Shown one piece after another: positions 37,543 to 49,336 of a DNA stretch of 64,000 nt. Location of the stretch: contig CASFHD010000002.1 of assembly GCA_949294455.1 (NCBI GenBank), positions 20,724 to 84,723 on the forward strand, written 5' to 3'. The number at the start of each line of letters is the position of its first letter. Positions within the stretch are counted from its first letter, which is position 1. Source of the stretch: an uncultured Christensenella sp. Lineage in GTDB: Bacteria > Bacillota > Clostridia > Christensenellales > UBA1242. The position numbers and the translations under genes were made by a program. The notes beneath the pieces are model-generated. The model was given only the letters and a program-made list of their open reading frames with translations. It was not told the DNA's origin and ran no database searches.

Positions 37543-38630
37543 TGATAATTTTTGCAGTAATTCTATTTATTATTTTGGCAGGTATTATTGGGGTTATTGC
37601 TTTTTTGGTGCCTTTGAAAACTTATTTTAAGGCACTTTTTTCTAATGTACATATTCCTATGAAAGTTTTAGCAGGTATGAAAATGCGAAAAATTGATTTT
37701 GATGAAATCGTTTCGGTCTTTATTACTGCTAAAAAAAGTGGTCTAGATATTTCTTTAAATGAATTGGAGGCGCATTATTTAGCAAAAGGAAATATTTATA
37801 AATTGGTAAATGGGTTAATTCTTGCTAAAAACTTAAATGTATCTATTACCAAAGATACTGCAAAAGGTATTGACCTTGCTAAAAGAGATTTAATTGATAT
37901 TATAAAAACTTCTATAACACCAAAAATTGTGAAAACTAATACTATTTCAGCTATAAGTCAAGATTGTATGGAAATAAAAGCTAGTGCTGTGATAACTTTA
38001 AAATCAATTATTGCAAAAGAGTTTGATGGAGTAAATATTGATACTATTGCATCTCGTGCTGGGGAAGCAATTGTATCGTTCATAGGTAAATCAAACAATT
38101 ATCATCAAGTGCTAGAAAATCCTATTGGAATGTCTAATTATATTATGTCAAAAAATATAGGTGAAAATTCGTGTTATGAGGTGGTATCTGTAGATATTGA
38201 TAGTATCACTTTAGGTCAAAATATTGCTGAAAGTATGCGTATCAACGAAGCAGAAACTAATGCTAAAATCAATAAAGCAAAAGCAGAAGAAAAAAAGATA
38301 TTGGCTCAGATTAGAGAACAAGAGATGAAAGCTAAAACTCAAGAAATGAAAGCAATTTTACTCGCTAGTGAAAGTGAAGTTCACAAGGCGATGGCAAAGG
38401 CTTTTAAAGATGGACAAATGGGTGTTTTAGATTATTATAAACTTCAAAACATTATGGCAGACACTAATCTTAGGAATTCGCTATCAGGTAAAGATAATGA
38501 TAGTGATGACGATGATGATTTTGACCCATTCTCAAGATTTGGCTCTGGTAATCCTTTCAGAGGTAGTGGTTCTTCATCAAGAGGTGGGGTTCAAGTAATT
38601 CCTGATAAAATGGCAAATAGAATGAGGTAG
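37542..38630 (+). CDS. floA: Flotillin-like protein FloA (YqfA/UPF0365)
   Basis: Collinear similarity to B. subtilis FloA (…LEAHYLAKGNI..LVNGLILA…ITPKIV…NHHQVLENP…AKAEEKK…QEMKAKTQEMKA…). It has an extra D-rich/GS-rich C-terminal tail. Confidence 0.85.
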   Translation: MIIFAVILFIILAGIIGVIAFLVPLKTYFKALFSNVHIPMKVLAGMKMRKIDFDEIVSVFITAKKSGLDISLNELEAHYLAKGNIYKLVNGLILAKNLNVSITKDTAKGIDLAKRDLIDIIKTSITPKIVKTNTISAISQDCMEIKASAVITLKSIIAKEFDGVNIDTIASRAGEAIVSFIGKSNNYHQVLENPIGMSNYIMSKNIGENSCYEVVSVDIDSITLGQNIAESMRINEAETNAKINKAKAEEKKILAQIREQEMKAKTQEMKAILLASESEVHKAMAKAFKDGQMGVLDYYKLQNIMADTNLRNSLSGKDNDSDDDDDFDPFSRFGSGNPFRGSGSSSRGGVQVIPDKMANRMR

Positions 38631-38632
38631 TT

Positions 38633-38902
38633 ATGAATGATTTTTTATACCAAGAATTTAAGAATAATGACTTGTTTAAAAAATATGAAAAAAATGCTAA
38701 AATTCAGCCAATGCCTGTTCAATCAAAAGAAAAGGATAAAAAGTTAAGTGATTTTCAATTTAGACAAAATTTAGAGATGTTAAACAATTTAACAAAATCA
38801 AAAATGAAGCCAAACAAAAATTTCATAAATGATTTTAAAAGAATGTCAAATAGGAAAAAAGCACTTTTTCTTTATGCTATATTAGATAGACGCGATTATT
38901 AA
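38633..38902 (+). CDS. Hypothetical small basic protein co-transcribed with floA
   Basis: A GAGGTAG RBS precedes it. 89 aa, no motif recognised. Confidence 0.5.
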   Translation: MNDFLYQEFKNNDLFKKYEKNAKIQPMPVQSKEKDKKLSDFQFRQNLEMLNNLTKSKMKPNKNFINDFKRMSNRKKALFLYAILDRRDY

Positions 38903-39133
38903 TGTATTTGTATTTTAATTGATTGTTTAGATAAATTTTAATGCTTATCATTTTGTTTAGTATTTATTATAGTGTTTAGTATTTATTATAAATTAAAAAT
39001 CAAATAAAATAATCTTTTAATTCTGTTTGTTTGTGAATAATTCAAACTTTAAAATTATGAAATTGAAGATATATTAAGATATGTATATATTAATTACAAT
39101 CATATTTAATAGTTGAACTCATATAATTTTTAT

Positions 39134-39394
39134 ATGAGTTTTTTTAATAGTTTTGATGATAAAATGCTTGAAGAATTTGGTATAGGATTGCAAGATTTTA
39201 GATATATTGTAATTTCTAACAAACTTTTTTATTTAGAAGGTTTAACAAATGTTTCAAGTCTTGCTGATGATGAAATTGTTTTTTCTGTAAAAAGAAAGTC
39301 CTGTAAAGTAATGGGGTCTAATTTGAAAATTAAAAATTTAGATATGAATACTGCTTTAGTGTCGGGGAATATTGTAGGAGTTAGCGTTTTATGA
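39134..39394 (+). CDS. yqfC: Sporulation protein YqfC
   Basis: A small protein immediately upstream of and overlapping yqfD. The C-terminal pattern is V.G..L.I......E..V.G.I..V. The start is uncertain (ATG 39134 or TTG 39113). Confidence 0.6.
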   Translation: MSFFNSFDDKMLEEFGIGLQDFRYIVISNKLFYLEGLTNVSSLADDEIVFSVKRKSCKVMGSNLKIKNLDMNTALVSGNIVGVSVL

Positions 39395-40494
39395 CTTATT
39401 TAATAAGATTAAAAGTGTCTGGGCTGAATTTAGACAAGTTGTTAATGAGAATACAATCAAACAGTATTTCGACTTATGAAGTTAGAAAAATTAACGATAC
39501 AATTATTACATTTTCTATAAAAAACAAAGACTTAAAACAAGTTGAACATTTAATAAATGTTTTAAAGTTAAATTATGAAATTTTTGGGCTTAGGAAATTT
39601 GATAAATTTATTAAAAAATATTTTGGTATTTTACTTGGTGTTATTATATTTTTTTCATCTTTATATATTTATAATTTATTTATATGGGATATTAAAGTAT
39701 ATGGAAATCACTCATTGAATGACAGCGAAGTTATAAGCGTTTTAAAACAATCAGGCATTAAAACTTTAATGAGAAAAAATATTGATTCAGAAAATATCGA
39801 AACTATTTTAAAAAATAATTTTGACAAAATTGCAGATTGTAGCGTGGCAATACAGGGCACTACTATTGTGATAAATATATCAGAAAAACAAATTTTAGAA
39901 GATTTGAATTTTAAGCCTATTGTGGCAACTGCTTCAGGAGTTATTAAAGATTACACTTTGATTAGCGGGACAATGGCTGTTAAAGTGGGTGATGTTGTAA
40001 AATCAGGAGATATTTTGGTATATCCTTTTATTGAAAATCCAGATGGAGAACAAGTAGCTGTTAAGCCTATTTGTGAGATTAAATCTTTAGCAACGCTAAA
40101 TGAAACTATCAAAACTTATGAATCTGAAATTATTACTTACAGAACGGGAAATTCTTATAAAGAGTATGATGTCTATTTTGGTAATGTTAAGATTTTGCAA
40201 AATTCTCACAAAAAAGAATTTGCTATTTTTGAAACTAGTTGTTATACTGAAAATGTATTCGGCATATTACCTATTAGGCGAGAATATAAAGAATATTTCG
40301 AACTTAAAACAAAACTTGTTCAAAATGACTTGGAAAATTTAAAAGACAGTAAGTTAGAGCAAGTAAAGGCCTTAGCATTAAATAAATTGCCTAATAATGT
40401 AAACCTTATTTCAACAAATTGTTATAGTCTGATTATAGAAGGGGTTTTGTATTCTACAGCATCTATTGAATACGAATGTGTCATAAGTCAATAG
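39391..40494 (+). CDS. yqfD: Sporulation protein YqfD
   Basis: A single TM around aa 85-105 followed by IWDIKVYGN, typical of YqfD. It shows yqfC-yqfD synteny with an ATGA overlap. Confidence 0.75.
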   Translation: MTYLIRLKVSGLNLDKLLMRIQSNSISTYEVRKINDTIITFSIKNKDLKQVEHLINVLKLNYEIFGLRKFDKFIKKYFGILLGVIIFFSSLYIYNLFIWDIKVYGNHSLNDSEVISVLKQSGIKTLMRKNIDSENIETILKNNFDKIADCSVAIQGTTIVINISEKQILEDLNFKPIVATASGVIKDYTLISGTMAVKVGDVVKSGDILVYPFIENPDGEQVAVKPICEIKSLATLNETIKTYESEIITYRTGNSYKEYDVYFGNVKILQNSHKKEFAIFETSCYTENVFGILPIRREYKEYFELKTKLVQNDLENLKDSKLEQVKALALNKLPNNVNLISTNCYSLIIEGVLYSTASIEYECVISQ

Positions 40495-40502
40495 GAGGAA
40501 AA

Positions 40503-40988
40503 GTGTTAAGGATTTTTAAAAACTACAAAGAAACTAACAAATATCAGGATATTTTGAATAAAGTCTATTTTGAAGCAATAAGTAGGATTAATCAAAAGAC
40601 GGCGGATACAGATATCAATCTTTATTTTGTAACGCCTAAAGAAATTAAAAAAATTAATTCTAAAACAAGAAATATCAATGCTGTTACAGATGTATTAAGT
40701 TTTCCATATACTGATTTGAAAGTGGGCGTAGATTTTGATGTAAATAACTATGTCTTTGAGATAGATAAATCGAGTTCGGGCTTTTTGTTAGGCGAAATAT
40801 TTATATGTTTAAGGCGTGCAAAAAAGCAGGCAAAAATGTATGGACATAGTTTTGAAAGAGAGTTATGTTTTTTGTTAGTACACGGCATTCTGCATTTGCA
40901 CGGATATGACCATATTGATAAAAGTGATGAAGAACAAATGATTAAAATGCAAAATGTTATTTTGAATAAATTGAATATTACGAGGTAA
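40503..40988 (+). CDS. ybeY: rRNA maturation endoribonuclease YbeY
   Basis: Zinc motif HGILHLHGYDH. The GTG start at 40503 lies 5 nt after AGGAGG. Confidence 0.85.
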   Translation: MLRIFKNYKETNKYQDILNKVYFEAISRINQKTADTDINLYFVTPKEIKKINSKTRNINAVTDVLSFPYTDLKVGVDFDVNNYVFEIDKSSSGFLLGEIFICLRRAKKQAKMYGHSFERELCFLLVHGILHLHGYDHIDKSDEEQMIKMQNVILNKLNITR

Positions 40989-40990
40989 AA

Positions 40991-41887
40991 ATGAGTTTCC
41001 GTTCAGGATTTGTATGCGTTTTAGGTGAAACTAACGCAGGTAAATCTACATTAATTAATAAAATCATAGGTCAAAAAATAGCAATAGTTAGTCCAAAATC
41101 TCAAACTACAAGGGATAATTTAATTGCTGTTTATAATGACGAAGATAGTCAAATAGTTTTTACAGACACTCCTGGCTATCACAAAATTAAGAATAAAATT
41201 GATGAGTATATGTATACTAATATTGATAGGGCTAGCAAAGATACAGATGTTATAATATATCTTTTAAGTGCTAAAAAATCGCTCGTTTCTCAATTTGAAA
41301 TGTTGGAAAAATACAATAAAAAAAATAAAGCGAAAAAGATTATTGTAGTTTCTAAAATTGATGAAAGCAGTTTTGAAAAATTGTATCCAGAACTTGACAA
41401 ACTATCAAAAGTAACAAATTTCGACATACTTCCTGTAAGCAGTAAAAATGGTAAAAATATTGATATTCTGATTAATATGATAAAACAATCTTTGCCAGAG
41501 TATGAATCTTGTATGCGATATTATGATGTTGATTTTTTGACAGATAAAAATATTAGAGAATTATCTCGTGAAATCATTAGAGAGCAGGCGCTTTTATTGT
41601 ATGATGATGAAATTCCTCACGGCATAGCGGTCGAAATTGATAAGTTTGAAGAAACAAATAATTTAACTTCTATTTATGCTACCATATATGTCGAAAAAGA
41701 AAATCACAAAGTAATTTTATTGGGTAAAAATGGCGAAAAAATAAAAAAATTGTCTATTAATTGCCGAAATGAAATTGAGAGATTAATTGATGCTAAAGTA
41801 TATTTAGAACTATTTGTAAAAGTAAAAGCAAATTGGAGAGATGACAAAATTGCACTGATAGATTTGGGTTACAAAGAAGAAAGTTAG
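40991..41887 (+). CDS. era: GTPase Era
   Basis: GETNAGKSTLIN, SPKSQTTR, DTPG and a C-terminal KH domain. It shows synteny with ybeY and recO. Confidence 0.9.
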   Translation: MSFRSGFVCVLGETNAGKSTLINKIIGQKIAIVSPKSQTTRDNLIAVYNDEDSQIVFTDTPGYHKIKNKIDEYMYTNIDRASKDTDVIIYLLSAKKSLVSQFEMLEKYNKKNKAKKIIVVSKIDESSFEKLYPELDKLSKVTNFDILPVSSKNGKNIDILINMIKQSLPEYESCMRYYDVDFLTDKNIRELSREIIREQALLLYDDEIPHGIAVEIDKFEETNNLTSIYATIYVEKENHKVILLGKNGEKIKKLSINCRNEIERLIDAKVYLELFVKVKANWRDDKIALIDLGYKEES

Positions 41888-41895
41888 GAGGGGTT

Positions 41896-42258
41896 ATGGC
41901 TGAAAATTTAGATATTTTGAAAATCATTTATAGGATTGATGATATGGCTAATTATTATGATTTTATTTCATTAAAAGATGATGCAAATTTTAATAATTTT
42001 ACAAATCCACAAAATGTTTTGAAACAAATCTTTTATTTGACAGGTAGTCCTTCAATCTATTTGGTTGAAAAAAATCTAAACAATTCTAAAAGTTTACCTA
42101 AAAATTTACAAGGCTTGGCAGAACAAGTCGAAGGTGCTAAAAATTTAGAAGATGTTTTAAATGCAGTTGAAAAGATACAAGGTCTTCCACCATATATATA
42201 TCTTGCTGAATTGAATGGTAATTATGTTAATGAAAATAATAATGTTTATGGGTTATAA
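41896..42258 (+). CDS. Hypothetical protein (120 aa) between era and recO
   Basis: A strong AGGAGGGG RBS precedes it. No motif was recognised. Confidence 0.55.
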   Translation: MAENLDILKIIYRIDDMANYYDFISLKDDANFNNFTNPQNVLKQIFYLTGSPSIYLVEKNLNNSKSLPKNLQGLAEQVEGAKNLEDVLNAVEKIQGLPPYIYLAELNGNYVNENNNVYGL

Positions 42259-42921
42259 ATGGAACAAAAGATAAAAGGAATAATTATATCAACATCTGAT
42301 TATGGCGAGAGTGATAAACTCGCCCTTTGTTTTTCTTACGAATTGGGCATTATTCATTTGAAGTTTAGAGGTGTTAAAAAAGAAAAAGCGAAATTTAAAG
42401 CGGTTTGTCAGCCTTTTGTTTTTGCTGAATTTGTGCTTTCTTCTCATAAAGATTATTCTGTTGTAACCTCTTGTGATATAATTGAAAATTTTTCTAATAT
42501 TACGCTTGATTTAGAAAAAAGTAATTGTGCTTTTATCATTTTTGATATTATTAAGTCAATTATTTATAAAAATAATCCAGAAGAAAATTTGTTTATATTA
42601 ACTTTAAAGACATTAAAAAGCATAGAACAATCAAACCAATATGATTGTGTTGTTTTATTTATACTAAATTTTCTTAATATGCAGGGGGTTGGATTAAATG
42701 TTGACTTAAATGGTGTGATTTATTTAGATTTGACAACAGGAAATTTCACAAATGATTCATCAAGTGGAAATGTTTTAATAGAAAAAGAGGTTTATAAAAA
42801 TTTATCAAAATTGAATCTTACAAAAGATGAATTTTTAGAAGTCATAAAATTGTTGGGAAATATAATTTATATAAAATTTGATGTTGTTTTAAAATCAATC
42901 AAATGTTATTTGTCAATGTAA
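42259..42921 (+). CDS. recO: DNA repair protein RecO
   Basis: The N-terminal OB-fold pattern is GIIISTSDYGESDKLALCFS...LKFRGVKK..AKFKA..QPFVFAEFVL. Its position after era matches Bacillus. Confidence 0.8.
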   Translation: MEQKIKGIIISTSDYGESDKLALCFSYELGIIHLKFRGVKKEKAKFKAVCQPFVFAEFVLSSHKDYSVVTSCDIIENFSNITLDLEKSNCAFIIFDIIKSIIYKNNPEENLFILTLKTLKSIEQSNQYDCVVLFILNFLNMQGVGLNVDLNGVIYLDLTTGNFTNDSSSGNVLIEKEVYKNLSKLNLTKDEFLEVIKLLGNIIYIKFDVVLKSIKCYLSM

Positions 42922-42936
42922 AAGTTTAAAAAAATA

Positions 42937-42965
42937 TTGACAAAACAATTTTTAACTGTTAAAAT
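42937..42965 (+). promoter_or_regulatory. Sigma-A type promoter of rpsU
   Basis: TTGACA (42937-42942), 17 nt of spacer including TGt (extended -10), then TAAAAT (42960-42965). Confidence 0.55.
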
Positions 42966-43018
42966 AATAACACATATAAGGTGTTTGCCTTAAATTTGGT
43001 TTAAAAGTGGGTGAGTTT

Positions 43019-43204
43019 GTGAGTACAGTTAGAGTTGGTGAAAATGAATCTTTGGAATCAGCACTTAAAAGATTTAAAAGAAAATGCCAAAAAGATGGTA
43101 TCATCGGCGACTTAAGAAAAAAAGAAGCCTATGTTAAACCAAGCGTGGCAAAGAAAGTAAAAAGCGAAAACGCCAGAAAAAGATTGGCAAAAAAAGGTAG
43201 ATAA
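43019..43204 (+). CDS. rpsU: 30S ribosomal protein S21
   Basis: The sequence [25 protein letters not shown]...[22 protein letters not shown] aligns with S21. The start is GTG 43019 (or GTG 43007). Confidence 0.85.
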   Translation: MSTVRVGENESLESALKRFKRKCQKDGIIGDLRKKEAYVKPSVAKKVKSENARKRLAKKGR

Positions 43205-43205
43205 T

Positions 43206-43232
43206 AACACTCTTAATTGAGTGTTTTTTTTC
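43206..43232 (+). terminator. Rho-independent terminator after rpsU
   Basis: aacactc-ttaatt-gagtgtt followed by a T-run. Confidence 0.75.
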
Positions 43233-43268
43233 GCCTTGACTTTAATGATTAATTAATAAAATATAAGA

Positions 43269-43950
43269 ATGGAAAATTATAATTTTAGAATGCATTTTAA
43301 TCATCTTTTATTTGATGAAGAAATTGCACTTGTTTCTTTTAAAAATTTATTAGATGGAGACAAAACATTGTTAAATATTAATATGATGTCAATTTTTCGC
43401 TTGAAGAAATAAAAGATATTAAAAGGTACAAAACAAATTAAAAGATATTATATATGCTGGATATTTATTATATGGTTTAAATTTTTTAACAAATGATAGT
43501 TTAAAATATAGTTTTATAAAAAAATATGTGTGAATTGGTATGTAACTTTATAAGTCTATACATTTAACTGAGATTAATCAAAACAATTTAAAAAAAATTT
43601 GCAAAATTGATGAAGAAAATTTAATAGATTTTTTTGTAAGGATTTTGCAGACACTACCGAATATAATTTAGATGCAGATTTCAGACTAAAAGTTGGGAAT
43701 GTTTTAGATACTCTTAACAGAAAAAATGATAATCTTGCAAAAACAATAAACACAAAAATTATTTCAACCCTTGGTGAAAACTTGATTTTAACAAGAATAA
43801 AAGATGTTTTAAGTGCGGGAAATCTTATTTTTGGAACTGATTTTTTTGATGTTTCTAATAAAATTTTAGACTTTTTACAAAAATATTTTCCTTCTGCTAT
43901 TTTTTCAAATTTTCAATGTTTTGATTGTTCTGAAGATAAAATTCTTTAGA
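43269..43950 (+). pseudogene. Degraded gene of unknown function (multiple frameshifts/stops)
   Basis: ATG 43269 opens a 47-codon ORF (MENYNFRMHFNHLLFDEEIALVSF...). At least five further protein-like open segments follow in shifting + frames. The last (…DTLNRKNDNLAKTINTKIISTLGENLILTRIKDVLSAGNLIFGTDFFDV…) is ~90 codons with no start codon. Confidence 0.45.
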
Positions 43951-44286
43951 TTAATAGTTTGAAACTTGTTTTTCTGTTCGACTTTTTTCTCGCTCGTATT
44001 GGTCTTTCATTTGCTTGTATTTTGCTGTTAATGACATTATATACTTTTGCCTATCTGTTGTATTTAGTTTTGAATATAGTGTTTTATCTACTAATTCTAA
44101 TATTGGATTTAAAACTATTTTATTTTGATTAAGTAGGTTTATAACTTTTTTATATAAAGCTAAATCTTCTTTTGAAAAATTAGCTTGCTTGTATGTAATT
44201 TGTTGTGTTTCACTTTTTACCCCGTAATTTCTGAGTCTTTTTTTTGCTTCTAATGCTGCCTGTGATATAGCACTTCTTTTTTTCAT
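43951..44286 (-). CDS. Hypothetical small basic protein (111 aa)
   Basis: An intact ORF preceded by an AAAGGAG RBS. No motif was recognised. Confidence 0.5.
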   Translation of the reverse strand: MKKRSAISQAALEAKKRLRNYGVKSETQQITYKQANFSKEDLALYKKVINLLNQNKIVLNPILELVDKTLYSKLNTTDRQKYIMSLTAKYKQMKDQYEREKSRTEKQVSNY

Positions 44287-44469
44287 AATTTGCTCCTTTT
44301 TCTACATATAAATTTTACATTTTTTTCAAATATTTGTAAAAATTTTTAATGGCTGAAATATGTCTTTTATTGTTCCTTGATGGATTTTTTTGTCGAATAT
44401 ACATTCAAAATTAGTCCGTTTTTATTGGATTTAATTTGTGTTATTTGATATAATATTTGCGGAGAATTT

Positions 44470-46704
44470 ATGGATTACAGTGAAATACTAAACAGCGAAC
44501 AATTTGAAGCTTTAAAATATATTAATGGACCTATTTTAATATCGGCAGGAGCGGGCAGTGGTAAAACAAGAGTCTTAACTTACAGAATCGCTTTTTTAAT
44601 TGATAAGTGTAATATAAATGCTAGGAATATTTTAGCGATAACTTTCACAAATAAAGCGGCTAACGAAATGAAAGAAAGAATATGCAAAATAGCACCATCA
44701 GGAGAACAAGTTTTAGTTTCTACTTTTCATAGTTTTTGCGCTAAAATGCTACGAACATATAGTAGTTTTTTAAAAGATTATAATGAAAATTTTTCTATAT
44801 ATTCTGAACAGGATACGACAAAAATTTATAAAAAACTTTTTGAAAAATATGGGATAGATACAGAAGATGACAAACAAAAATTTAAAAAATTTGTATCAAC
44901 AATCAAGAACGATAACTTGAATGTTTCAGAGTTTGTTTCTATTAATAAATTCTATCATAAAATAGATAATTTTAAGTCTTTTTATCTTGATTATAATAAA
45001 GAATTAAAAACAAATAATGCTATGGATTTTGATGATTTAATTTTAAATTTTTATAATCTATTAAAGTCTAATAGTGAAGTTTTGAACTCGGTTCAAGAGC
45101 ATTTTAAATATATACATGTTGATGAGTTTCAAGATACAAACAGATTGCAATATGAACTTGTAAAAATAATGGCATCTAAATATCAGAACATTTTAATAGT
45201 TGGTGATGAAGATCAGTCAATTTATTCGTGGAGAGGAGCAAATATTGACAATTTATTCAATTTCACAAAAGATTTTTCAAATTGCAAAATATTAAAGTTG
45301 GAAAGAAATTATCGCTCTACTAAAAATATTTTAAAGCGTGCAAATATGCTTATAAAAAACAATTCAAATCGACTAGATAAACAATTATATACAGAAAATG
45401 AAGAAGGTAGTGAAATATCTTATACAAGTTTAACGACTGAAGCAGATGAAGCAGATTTCGTGATAAGAAAAATAAATATGCTTTTAAACTCAGGCGTACC
45501 ACATAAGGAAATAGCAATTTTAATGCGATTAAACGCATTGTCTCGTCCATTTGAAGATAGACTTTTAGCGTATAATATTCCATATAGAATATACGGCGGA
45601 TTCAAATTTTACGAACGCGCTGAAATAAAAAATGTTTTAGCATATTTAGTAGCAGTTGCAAATCCACTTGACAATAACAATATTGCAAGAATTATAAATT
45701 TCCCAAAACGAAAAATAGGCGAAGCTAGCATAAAAAAAATGGAAGAAGTAGCATCACAATATTCTGTGTGTTTAAAAACTGTCATTTTGGGTTGTGAAAA
45801 CTTTCCTGAACTTCCAAATTCACTTAAACAAAAACTAATGCCTTTAAAAACTTTGCTTGAAAATATAGATATGAAAGCAAAAGAATTAAATATTTATGAT
45901 TTGTTTGATTATATTATAAAAAATGCAAATATTTTAGAAAGTTTTGATAAACACGATGAACAAGACAAAGAAAGGTTATTAAATATAAATTCACTTTTTA
46001 AGTCGATTTATGATTATAATCTAAATAATCCTGATGCGACACTCAAAGATTATTTGGAAAGTGTATCACTTACAACTGATATGGATAAAGATGATTCGGA
46101 CGGTATAACTATAGCTTCTGTACACGCTGCTAAAGGTCTTGAATTTGATGCTGTGTTTGTTGTAGGAATGGAAGATAAAATTTTCCCTTTGTATAGGTAT
46201 GAAGGCGAAGATGATATGGAAGAAGAAAGAAGACTTATGTATGTTGCAATCACTAGGGCTAAAAAATATCTGTTTTTAACTTCGTGCGAAACTAGATTTT
46301 TATATGGTAAAAGAGATTTGACACTCAAAAGTAGATTTTTAAAGGAAATTGATATATTGCCACAAAAAATAAATTTCTATAATAGCGAATACTCTAATGC
46401 TTATAATAATTCGTATGGTGGCAGACATTCAAATCCTTTAAACGATAATACAAAACATAAATTTTCATCACCAGACAATATATCATCTTTTTCTAATTCA
46501 ACATCTACGAGTACATCTGTTAGTAAAAATAATTTTAGTAAAGACAAAATTACTGTGGGCGCAATGGTTAGACACCCAAGATTTGGTTCAGGTGTTATAA
46601 CGGATATTTCTACTTACAACTCTAACCATTGTGTCGAAATAGATTTTGGAGTGTTCGGGAAGAAAACATTGAGTTTGGATTTTGCTCCTATCACATTTAT
46701 GTAA
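44470..46704 (+). CDS. pcrA: ATP-dependent DNA helicase PcrA (UvrD family)
   Basis: Helicase motifs AGAGSGKTRVLTYR, DEFQDTN, VGDEDQSIYSWRGA and YRS. The C-terminal Tudor-like segment is GAMVRHPRFGSGVI. It shows pcrA-ligA synteny. Confidence 0.9.
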   Translation: MDYSEILNSEQFEALKYINGPILISAGAGSGKTRVLTYRIAFLIDKCNINARNILAITFTNKAANEMKERICKIAPSGEQVLVSTFHSFCAKMLRTYSSFLKDYNENFSIYSEQDTTKIYKKLFEKYGIDTEDDKQKFKKFVSTIKNDNLNVSEFVSINKFYHKIDNFKSFYLDYNKELKTNNAMDFDDLILNFYNLLKSNSEVLNSVQEHFKYIHVDEFQDTNRLQYELVKIMASKYQNILIVGDEDQSIYSWRGANIDNLFNFTKDFSNCKILKLERNYRSTKNILKRANMLIKNNSNRLDKQLYTENEEGSEISYTSLTTEADEADFVIRKINMLLNSGVPHKEIAILMRLNALSRPFEDRLLAYNIPYRIYGGFKFYERAEIKNVLAYLVAVANPLDNNNIARIINFPKRKIGEASIKKMEEVASQYSVCLKTVILGCENFPELPNSLKQKLMPLKTLLENIDMKAKELNIYDLFDYIIKNANILESFDKHDEQDKERLLNINSLFKSIYDYNLNNPDATLKDYLESVSLTTDMDKDDSDGITIASVHAAKGLEFDAVFVVGMEDKIFPLYRYEGEDDMEEERRLMYVAITRAKKYLFLTSCETRFLYGKRDLTLKSRFLKEIDILPQKINFYNSEYSNAYNNSYGGRHSNPLNDNTKHKFSSPDNISSFSNSTSTSTSVSKNNFSKDKITVGAMVRHPRFGSGVITDISTYNSNHCVEIDFGVFGKKTLSLDFAPITFM

Positions 46705-46888
46705 TTTAAGTTTTTATAATTTTATAATTATAATTTAAAATTTTACATAATAATTTTTAGTTGCTTTATAAATAAAAATAGAAAACTAAAAAATAAATAA
46801 AGATTAAAATTTAATAAAAAATTTAAAAAAACTTGCAAAATAACTTAAAATTTCATTAAATTTTGAAATTTTTGTAAAATATTTATAA

Positions 46889-48862
<1,974 letters not shown>

Positions 48863-49336
48863 TTTTGGTATTCATTATTTATATAATTTTGTAAATTTTA
48901 ACTGTTTAGAATTAAATTATTTTTGTTTTTTGTATGAGTTTCGTTTGGTGTTTGTCTTTGTAATTTTATAATTGATTTTGTTTTGTTATTTTGTATTAAC
49001 GAATTTAATTTTGTGTTTTTTATGTATTAATTTAATTATTCAAAATTCTTCTTTTAATATCTTCATAATTTAATTACATTAGGTTAATATTAATCACATT
49101 AATTTGTGTATATTATTTTTATGATTAATTTAAAATAAGGATTTTTAAAAATCGTTTTTATATAAACATTATTAAAATTTATTAAAAAATTGTAAAATAA
49201 TGGTAAAAAATCAACAAAATATGCTTTATTTTTGTAAATTTTATAAAAATTTTGGTATTTTTGTTGTATTTTTTTATAATTTACAAAATTTGTTTGACTT
49301 AAATTATATAAAAAGTTTATTATATTTATATATAAA

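Noticed and set aside
40100-40342. An internal + strand ORF within yqfD.
   Set aside because: It is an out-of-frame reading inside a well-supported gene, with no RBS.
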